From: Chrysomallon squamiferum | Lineage: Eukaryota > Animalia > Mollusca | Assembly: GCA_012295275.1 (NCBI GenBank) | Contig: CM022676.1 | Coordinates: 12,896,001-12,960,000, forward strand | DNA length: 64,000 bases | Direction: 5' to 3' | In this document: one piece after another, positions 54,561 through 64,000 of the stretch | How positions within the stretch are numbered: the stretch's first letter is position 1 | Layout: every line of letters starts with the position of its first letter | Notes under the pieces: generated by a model | Databases searched by the model: none | What the model saw: the letters and a program-made list of their open reading frames with translations, nothing else | Told to the model about the DNA's origin: nothing | Translations under genes and position numbers: made by a program

Positions 54561-54616
<56 letters not shown>

Positions 54617-57600
54617 TGAAACCCTCTACATCCTGATCTCTCAGATGTCACACTGTCTCAGATTAGGAAGTGGGTCCTGATCATTTCTTTTTCTGAACTT
54701 GTTTGTATGCCTGGTTCAAACTTCAACACAGAAAGTTAACATGATTCTTCAGATTACTTGAGTGTGCATACATTGTTGTTGTTTTTTTGTTTTTTTTTAC
54801 TACATGCATCCTATCTACAGCATTTATTTTTGTTGTTTAATTTTGTTTGAATTCTAAAGACTAATGAATTAATGTGTTGTAATTCTCTAATTAGTAAAGA
54901 TATATGTTTTCTCAAAACATAGTAATTATGTCATGTAATTCTTTCGTTGTGGTGGCTCCATAAACTAAGTAACAAAAGTGAGTGTCACTAAAAGTGATAT
55001 TTAGTGTATTTTCAGAAAATGATTAGCTGTTCTGAAATGAAAGATGCTGAATGATAAATAGCAAGATCAATTTCCTCAGATTCTCTATTATGCGATTTCT
55101 GTTGAAACAAGGGCTTAACACTAATTTTATAAAAAGTATTTGTTAAAGATCCCTTTTCTCTGATAAGGAAGAGTGATGGTATCATAAACACATTGTGCTT
55201 CTATCTCATATCAACATAATTACACAACTCTCGAATAATTGTTAATACTAAAATATTACAGATTTTGTGAATACTGCACATAGCAATCTTTCTTTTTCCG
55301 TCTTTTTCGTTCTTTCTCTCTCTTAGCTTTAATCAGTTTCTTTCTTGCCAGACGGTCCATAGAATCACTCTACAATAACAATTAATAGTTAAAAATCTGT
55401 GTTTTATATCCCCTTATCAATTCAACATCAATAATATGCAAATGAACCTCAACAGTAGGTCACCAATTTTTGGGTAAATCTCAAATTCTGCAGATTTCAG
55501 TTTAATTTTGTCATCTATCACGACATTTGCCAAGATGAATGGAATTTGTATGAGAAGGAAATTCTAACCATTTAAAGGCACAAATGTTCAGCCATCTAGA
55601 AAAATATCGAAACTAAAACAAAAGAAATGTTTTGATGAGATAAAACAATTTCTTAACGTCTGCTTGTTCTCAAAATAATAATAATAATAAAGTTATAACA
55701 AAAAAAAGAATTAATAGTAAAATCTTCTGTGCACGAGGAATCTTCTTGACAAGACAGTAACTGAAGTTAAAGAAATAATTTGTAATTTAAACTGAAAAAA
55801 TGACTTTAAAAACAAATAAAAACATGAACAATGAAGATATTCTTGAATTAATCAGTTTGATTAAAATGTCTTTTTATTGTGATTGCAAATCGATTTCTTT
55901 CTTGATGTTGCTATTTACAAGTTATTTAATGTAGGGTCATTCCGTGTCAAATCACCCAATGGGTTAAACCCGACCATCTCCGATTTTTATACTCGTTGAC
56001 TGAGATCCCACAGCACCAAATCTGAAATATTAGCCCAATTGGATAAGTGGTGTGGGAGATATGGCCCACCGAATTTTCAGATTTTTGGCAAAAGTGGGCG
56101 TGACCACCAACCTTAGAACCCTCATATCTCAGGAACTACTGGGCCAATCTTCATAAAATTGGTATTGTTGAAAAGGCAATATGACAAGGATTCCAAATCT
56201 GCCATGTTTGTTCAGTTTGGAAAATATTGGAGTACATTTACCTTTTGACCTTTGCTAAGACCTTGAAATTGACCATGTGGATCACGTTACCTTGAGATGA
56301 CCTTTATTGAAATTTAATCTCCCACATGTTAACTAAAACATATAAAAGTTTCCTGTTTAGCCACAATATAGATTTAAAAAATGCACATACATGAAAATAA
56401 CACCTTTTCAGCCATTAACATCTGATTAACTAAAACGTGAATGATCAGTTCTGGATGCTAGGAATCACCATCTTTCTTGATCATCAAGTAAGACATTGTA
56501 GGCCTACATGTATGCATAAAGTTCACATATAAAAGTTTCCTAGGTGTAATAGCCATAATAGAAATTTAAAAAATGCATACCTGCATGGAGGATTGATACA
56601 GTGCCTTACAATTTACATTTTCTCTGAGACCAAAAACTCATCTTTGGAGTTAAAACCCACCTGACATGTCTGAAGGAGTGCCTGAAGGATATGAAAAGAT
56701 GTGAAATGGCACATGTTCTACACAATCAGGCTCAAAGGGTTAACAGGAAGTGATGCTTCAAGCAGGTCAGGAACTCCTTTAAATCCTGTGTTGTAACCCA
56801 CATTGAGCACATGGCAATTAGAAGTTTAAGACAAAGAAGTTTCTTCATCTGCATTTCTTTGACAATCTGAAGCTTTTTAACATGGAATGACCCTGTAGAA
56901 TTATCTTGTGTGTGTGTGTAGATTAATTAAACATTAAATATAATTTAGTAATTTTTAAAACTGTATATTTTATTTTTTTCAAATGTTTTCATTATTACTG
57001 TTATAGATATTCTGCTTATATTATTCATTAACATGACTTTTTTTAATAAGTGATTTTGTAGTGTTATATCATATAATCTCCAGATTGTTTAATATGACAA
57101 TAATCCAAATTCCTACATATTAATCATTTTTAATGTTATCACTTATATTTTCCTATTTTAAAACTTTCTTCAAATACTTTAAAACGTATATGATCCTGAT
57201 ACTGTCAGATACTATAAGTTATGGATGGATCAGTGAATGGCATATTTCCTTTTTAGCAGAAGAAAGAAGTTCAACAAATGTTCCTACAACAACTCCAAAC
57301 CTGGGATCAGGTTCTTCCTGTAATTTAGTTTGTACTGTCCTCATTATTATCAGTGTCATAGGTCTTTGTATAATCATAACATGTTGTTTGATATCACTAA
57401 GAAACCAAAACACAAAGAAAAATGATAAAACTACAAATATTGAACTGAGCACACATGAACACTGAAAGTCAAACTGAGGTTTCTGTTGATATCAAAGCAG
57501 AAGAAAATTGTAACATTCAAGAGAACATTGACAAAAAACATAACATTGAAGATGTAGAAACTTCACAGTCTGTCAAAGATAGGATTGCTAATGAATCTTC

Positions 57601-60297
57601 GTACAATATGTCAGGTAACCATGGAAGTGATGAAGATAATGAAAGTTCTGAAGATTACTCATATAATCAGACAAATGTAAAACCTTCAAATCAACCAGTC
57701 AGTAAAGATGTCTGTAAAGAACTCACAAAATCTGAAGTTTGTCAACAGTCAGTCACTGATTCACTGAATAAAACTGATGTGAGCAACAATACAGCAGAGA
57801 GCCAACATCCTACCAGACAGAATTAAAATAATGCTGATCATCAGAAAACAAAACATATTATTACTATTGATGTGAAAATCAAATTATAAACAAATTAAGC
57901 AGTTTCAAATTTAATTTGTTTTTTATTCCAAACTTTTTATTTGCTTCAGCTCAGTACACTTAGCTACATTCTTCATTATTCAGATAATTTCTAGATGCCA
58001 GTGATTGTTTGTCGATTCTGCTTAACTAATCAAGGAACAGCTTTATTTCTATCTTCTAATTCTGATATAAAAAAAAGCTTTTAAAAGAGGTTTATACTAT
58101 GTTGACTGTTTTAGTTCCACATTGAGTAATATGCTTATTAACATAGATAAAGGTACAGCTTAATGCCTGTCTTTCACACACACACACATACACACACACT
58201 GACACAGAGTGAGATAAATGCAAGTTTATATTAGAATCGACAACAGCAACAACACCATCAAGCAGTAAGTGACATAATCACATTGTTAGCCCTAACCTTG
58301 TGCTAATCATTCATGTAACCTCAGTTCCCCTTCCACTGTTCTTAATAAAACCCTCTGAAATCTTTATATGCAAAACCACTAATTAAAAACTGGTCAAGAA
58401 TGCTTGAAAATGATTCTTTTCACAATGTAATATGATCTCATCTGATCAACACATTTCATTATTAAATTAACGTAAATTATGCAAGTTTGTGGAATCTGAG
58501 TAAACACAGACTTAAGACATCCATAACGAAGGTGTTTGACTCAGGGAAAATGATGGATACCACTGACATGGATGATACCAACATAGTGGTCATTGTTGAC
58601 ATCCTAGTCTCAGTAAAAGTCCCAGCCAATGTTATATGCATTCACTTTAACTGGTTAGTGGTAGACAGTTACAGTTCAGCCAGTCAGTGCAGAATCAGTG
58701 TTTTTTAACCTCTATTAATTTGGCTTACAAACAGACAAAAACTTTATGAATTGCATGGAGAAAAAGATAAAGATTTGCTCATAAACGGAGTGTTGTTGTT
58801 TCCTTGATCATGAGTTTTTCTGTGAATTCATAACCTGTATGTAAAACAGGATGTTTTAAACACTCAACAGTGAAAACCATGTTAAATATTTTGCAAGCAT
58901 TAGGCTCTGGCTGCTTTTAGCCCCATTGGAAAGCTATTAAAATATGTAAAAACGGTGACCATTATAGTAGGTTCAGTTGATTATTTTCAGTGAAAAGCAT
59001 TGGCTGCTGGCGGTTATAAACCAGTGACTGCACGGAACAGCTCATTTAAAGATGGAAATGCTTTTGTGTGAATTTGTGGTGGGATTTTGAACAGCTGACT
59101 GTTAGACGAGTTTCGACTGTGTGTATGTATGTACAGACACAGATACACCTTTATAATTCAAAACTGAAAAGTATCAATAAAATAGGTTAACTTTCAGGGA
59201 ATTCAAACATTTACAGCAGTTTCTTCTAATGAACATACATGTGCAGGTCTGTATATATAAGCATATATCTGTATATCTAGCTATCTATCTATATATGAAT
59301 GTATGTATGTATTCATATTTACAAGCATAATTCGTACAATTCTCTTAAATCACATTTAAATTGCAAATAACATGTTTCCGACAATACACTTCTTTGTAAA
59401 TACAAAGAAACACTAATGAGTAAGAGTTAATGGTTCACTATGGCAGTTCTTTGAGGACTGTATGCAATTATATATTATGTAAAGAAGCCATTCGCCTTAC
59501 ATAGACAGATGATCTATAGCAAGTTAATTTTATTCCGCTTAAAGAACAACTTACTATTCTCTGCTTTGAGTTTTCGGAGGCTAATTTCAATTAAATCAAT
59601 AGTCTAGGACCGCAAAAAAACTTTGAGAAACAAGTTTTTACTGTTGTCAGCATTTGAATTTTTGAAGGTCATTAAGAACGAATATAAGTGCTTGACTGGG
59701 ACAAGACTTTCACTTCTGGAGATAGACGTGCTTGAAAGATATGAGTATATATGTGCTGCTAGATATTTGGTAGTAATTAAAGGATTATTTATTTATTTAT
59801 TTAAATATTTATTTATTTATTTATTTTAGATCAAATAAACGGAAGCGATTCCACATTTTCTTCAATGATATATGCAATAATCACGTAAGTAGTCTTGTAA
59901 CTATTTTCTTTTTATTAGTTATTTTATTGTAATATTAATTTTATCAGCTTTCCTCTCAGTATATCTGCATGTATCATCTGTACCTATGTCTAGTATCGCT
60001 CAGTCTGTTTGTTTCTGTGATTCTGTATATCTACTTTTCTGTCGGACCGTCTTCAAGTACTTGTGTATGTACATATATATGTATTATCTATATGTACATG
60101 TAAAGATGTGCCTGTATCAGTGTATGTAATGATGTCTATCTACATAGGTTGTCTTTTTTTGATGTCTGTGTACCTTTCTTGTCTGTGTCTGTGCTTATCT
60201 ATTTCCGTGTGTGTAATAATTCTTTGTTTATCATTTTATCTTTATTTTATCTTTCTTCAGGTTTATCAACACTTTAGTCATCACTGGTTTGCTGTAG
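45509..60297 (+). CDS. Type A copy A3: two-Ig receptor, complete model with TM or GPI terminus
   Basis: Exons 45509-45575 (SP MKIMKFKIIFIFVCIAFSESTS), 46368-46676 (V-like), 54193-54492 (C2-like), then 57257-57465 (TM, frameshift-shortened tail) or 59830-59884 + 60261-60297 (GPI signal); all phase-compatible. Confidence 0.82.
46368..46676 (+). CDS. A3 V-like Ig domain exon
   Basis: LTLTC...W...FNLTI...WKC; 309 nt; donor GTAAGT. Confidence 0.9.
47233..49091. mobile_element. ~1.9 kb non-autonomous TIR transposon (Sola-like) in an A3 intron
   Basis: 17-bp perfect inverted ends atgacccattctcaaaa / ttttgagaatgggtcat; internal - strand remnant VEIFSDGA near 48432-48458. Confidence 0.7.
50700..50900 (-). 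mobile_element. Ginger2/GIN-type integrase (zinc-binding region) relic
   Basis: Reverse strand LIKRPEQTDVAPLYFLSPEEMYDVVKHAHIAAGHAGRDKMVYKL resembles the HxxxGHGGRDRM motif. Confidence 0.7.
54193..54492 (+). CDS. A3 C2-like Ig domain exon
   Basis: 300 nt, AG/GTAGGT; paralogue of 8005-8295. Confidence 0.9.
55934..56893. mobile_element. 960-bp TIR element with GGG/CCC termini and 4-bp TSD (Sola2-like, inferred)
   Basis: gggtcattccgtgtcaaa ... tttaacatggaatgaccc flanked on both sides by TGTA. Confidence 0.85.
57257..57465 (+). CDS. A3 TM exon with frameshift-truncated tail
   Basis: Acceptor 57255-57256; net 5-nt loss near 57450-57470 relative to A1 gives ...IELSTHEH-stop; the old tail continues out of frame to 57826. 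Confidence 0.8.
59830..59884 (+). CDS. A3 GPI-signal mini-exon 1 (DQINGSDSTFSSMIYAII-T)
   Basis: 55-nt AG/GTAAGT exon. Confidence 0.75.
60261..60297 (+). CDS. A3 GPI-signal mini-exon 2 (FINTLVITGLL-stop)
   Basis: Acceptor 60259-60260, stop 60295-60297. Confidence 0.75.
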
Positions 60298-60425
60298 ATC
60301 TACAGACTCCTCAGAGATAGATAAACACAGAGATATGAGATGTATAAAATATTGACAACGATCTAAATTATATTCTTGTTTGTTTCCTTGGGTTTTATCC
60401 TCAATATTATTATTATTATTATTAT

Positions 60426-60458
<33 letters not shown>

Positions 60459-62677
60459 TATAACTTACTTTCTATATTTATATATGTATTAAAATGATTC
60501 TTTTGTTTTTAAGTTTTCCTAAATGAAATATATTACATATGTATATTTCTAGAATTTAATTTGTAAGTAAATACAATATTTTATTTAGTGTGAAAGACTG
60601 AACTTATAACATTTTGACAGTTACTTTTAGAATAATTGGATAGAATTTAAAACTGTGTTTCTTTTTATCATTTGTAAGTAAACAGTGTATTAGTATACAT
60701 GTACCAAATATTTGTTAGAATTACAAATCAGAGGTAAGTCATCAGATAGAATGCTGGTATATTTTCAGTACATTTGAAAGCATTGCAGAAAAGAAGACAT
60801 TTTTATAAGAAAAGTGTTGACGTTGGTTGTTAGTATTCTTACAGTTATTAAAGTGTTTAAATATTTATAAAATTATTGAAATTCATTAATAAGTTTGAAG
60901 TGCTTTAATGTAATTTTTTTTTGTTCCATATTTAAACAGTTTCAAATTTCAATTGTGGTGTTATTTCTACTTTATTTATTTTAATTGAAATGTTTCTCTG
61001 TTTGAATTTAGTCACTTCAAAGTTAAATTTTCTTTTGAACATGTCATTAAAAAGACTTAATTTTGACGTGTGCCTAACTTGTATTTTATGTTCTTTCACG
61101 CACTCGTACAGCATGGCGTGCCTTACTAAGCTGCCAGGTTTTCACTATTCGCGTTAAAACGGATAAAATAAACTCATCTGTATTATGAGACTAATCTTTA
61201 AAATAATACAATGTTGCAATACATGAATTTCAAAGGTTATTATTTATTTACTTAGTTATCTATTTATTTATTATTATTATTTCTGCTAAAAAATTGGAGA
61301 CTGTTATCAACTAGAGCTTATGGTAAGATAAAGATAAAAACATAATTTTTTATTTTGTTTTTTTGTTGTTGTTTTACGATTTTTTTTTTTTTTTTTTTTG
61401 TCGAACGATCATTAACATACCAAAAAATCAGTTATTGTTCGAGATTAATTCTGGGCGCGAGTACATTTCATGACATTATAGAAACTATGTGTGAAATGCT
61501 TTAATATCCATGCTCCATGTACACGTCTTAATTATGCATATACTGAATGTTTCCAATTTCAACACTGACAATAACGCTTTTACTTTTTTCTTTTATTCTT
61601 TTAAGTGAATCTTTTATGTTTAAAATAGTTACATTTGTTAATGATTTATTATATAAATCATTTTTAAAGTTATTAAAATGTTCTCCTTTCTGTATGTTGA
61701 GTTTGTTATTTTAAAAGTACGTGAGAGAGAGAGAGACAGAGAGAGAGTGTATTTCAGTTATGTTAGAGAGCTGTAATAAAGTGACAGTGTAATAATATTA
61801 AATAGAATGTTGTTGTTTTTCATTATTGACTGAACTTGGGTCTATAAGGCAACATATGATGTCATCCTCCTTTCTACTATCTTATTTGCTGAAAATAATA
61901 ACGAAACGGATATTTTCACACAGTATCTGTAATACTGAGATATTTTCACACAAGATCTGTAATAGTGAGATATTTAAATATGATATTTATTGTAATAAAA
62001 AAGTGATCATTGTAAGCTGGTTTTAATTTCATTCAGCTAATTTGCTATATTACTTTTATTTACATTTTGTTCTAAACGACAAAATGATTCCGCTTCAGTT
62101 TGGAGTTGGGTTTTGATACAAATAGAAAACGTAATTCAGAAGATAATCTTTTGTAGTTCTGATATCTCTACAGTCACTTTCTAATTTTTACGAATTAGAT
62201 GCCTTAGATTAAATATATACAATTAAGTGATAAAATAATTTGTTGATTAATATTTAATATTTTGTTAGAAAAGTACATACATTAGATGTAAAATAATGAG
62301 GTACTGACCTATTCATTAAACAGTCACCATGTAAACAGCTGTAGATTATTTGCTACATTCATGAATGTAATAAATGTTGTATACGTTTTGCTGAGTTAGG
62401 GGAATGATGTAACCTACGACAAGAAATCTTCTCTCGTTTTATAAATACAAATATTTTATAAATAGTCACAAGATATGATTTTCTGACAAACAATTAAAAC
62501 AAAAAAAATAAAAAAAAATAACATTCTTGTGAAATGTAATGAATAAAGTGAAATAAATATACAAAAAAATAGACACATTAATATAATGCAGCGCTATAGA
62601 AACGTGACACAATAAGTTAACCTAGATAGACGACACTCGTGTACCCGCAAGAAACAAGTTTAGTCACAACATTCACA

Positions 62678-62732
62678 ATGGCGCCATTGAGATATGTACT
62701 AGTTTCTGTCATGATTGTTATATGTAGTACAG
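62678..62732 (+). CDS. Second type B gene, leader exon 1a (MAPLRYVLVSVMIVICST-G); gene continues beyond window
   Basis: Paralogue of 13372-13426, frame and donor intact. Confidence 0.75.
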
Positions 62733-63044
62733 GTAAGTTTCATTCATTTATTTTTTTATTTGGTTATTCATTTATTTATTTATTCATTTGTATTATTCAG
62801 ATTTATGCCGGTTAGAGCTGGTTATTATTATTATTATTATTATTATTTAGTTATTCATCTTGTTTATTTATTTCTATTATTTTTTATTTTAGTCTTGACA
62901 AGAATGAGATTTTTATACCTTAACCGAGATAGAAGTAGACGCTTTATTACAGTGAGAGCGCTGAAGTAATAACGTGACCGAGTAAGATAACCTAGATAGA
63001 CTGGCTATAACTTGAAAGAAACAAAGTAAATCACAACATACACT

Positions 63045-63099
63045 ATGGCGATAGCGGGATACATACTTGTTTCTGCTTCGATTGTTGGCTGTTGTTTAG
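63045..63099 (+). CDS. Second type B gene, leader exon 1b (MAIAGYILVSASIVGCCL-G)
   Basis: Paralogue of 13766-13817 with an in-frame 3-nt indel. Confidence 0.7.
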
Positions 63100-63326
63100 G
63101 TAAGTTTTATTGTTACTATTTAATTCATACATAGAAAGAAATATGTTAGATATTACCGATAAAAACTGTGTACTGAAAAGTTATTCAGTCTGTGCCCTGG
63201 TTAAAACTAGTTTGGTGTATATTATTTAAACTGCACGTCGTCTCTGTGAAAAGTGAATGAATCGGACTATGAAGTCCCATAAACTGTAAGGAACGTTAAA
63301 CATATCAGATTTGCGACGTATATTTT

Positions 63327-63388
<62 letters not shown>

Positions 63389-64000
63389 TTATGTAATAAA
63401 TATATAAATAATAGAAAGAGATGCGATTAAGATTTTGTTTCATTTCGAGTGCTGTGTTCTACAGTGATAGTAAAATGTATAGTGACAGCTAGTATAGTGT
63501 TATAATGTTACAGCTCATTGATACACTGATTATGAAAAGTCTTGTATGTGATGTAAATGTTTTAAATGTATACTCTGTTATTAGGAGATGTACGTCCTTA
63601 TATTAATGTTGAATATTGTTATCAGTGCAGTTGCATAATTACACTGTACAGCTATCTGAATTATCCATTTCTTCATTTGTTCCTCAAAGTGAATGTTTCT
63701 TATGTTTATATATTTATGTATAATTATTTACCTATATTGGTAATTAATATAAGCTAAATTGTACTAACAATTAATCACTTGCAATACCATTTAAAGAATA
63801 TTTTAGTCAATATTTTATGTGACAGAGACAAGAAGTATTATTTTTGTAGAAGGAAAGAGCTAATTTTCTATAACAAATGAAAAGTAACTAAACTGACTGT
63901 ACTTCATTCAGTTTTATCTAATTTATCGTGAATGAAGTTGATGTTTTTATACTATTAATTAATTAAAAGACTGAAAGACATAGACAAATTCCCCGTAGGA

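Larger units (their letters stand above)
57246..64000 (+). repeat. Segmental duplication copy 3
   Basis: Matches copies 1 and 2 up to the window end. Confidence 0.95.

Noticed and set aside
1-64000. CRISPR arrays, rRNA, tRNA, prokaryotic operons
   Set aside because: Eukaryotic intron-rich DNA; none seen.

Overview
AT-rich eukaryotic (invertebrate, probably molluscan; inferred, not proven) DNA with GT-AG introns, microsatellites, a 200-N gap (4795-4994) and many decayed transposons. Manual exon reconstruction shows a tandemly duplicated cluster of immunoglobulin-superfamily (IgSF) cell-surface receptor genes in three types. Type A (three copies, + strand): signal peptide, V-like Ig, C2-like Ig, then EITHER a transmembrane+acidic-tail exon OR two hidden mini-exons encoding a GPI-anchor signal; the GPI exons are intact in all three copies while the TM/tail exon is independently truncated, deleted or frameshifted. 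Type B (13372-22149, +; a second copy starts at 62678): two alternative leader exons, 5 Ig, FN3-like, TM and a cytoplasmic tail built from four small exons carrying a canonical ITAM (YECL-x7-YEKL). Type C (32675 to ~26572, -): up to 7 Ig + FN3 + TM + short tail without a visible ITAM, sharing two near-identical Ig exons with B. Genes C and A3 are divergently transcribed from homologous inverted promoter/first-exon units. The arrangement resembles a paired-receptor or allorecognition-type complex. Gene models come from reading splice sites by eye and need RNA-seq confirmation.
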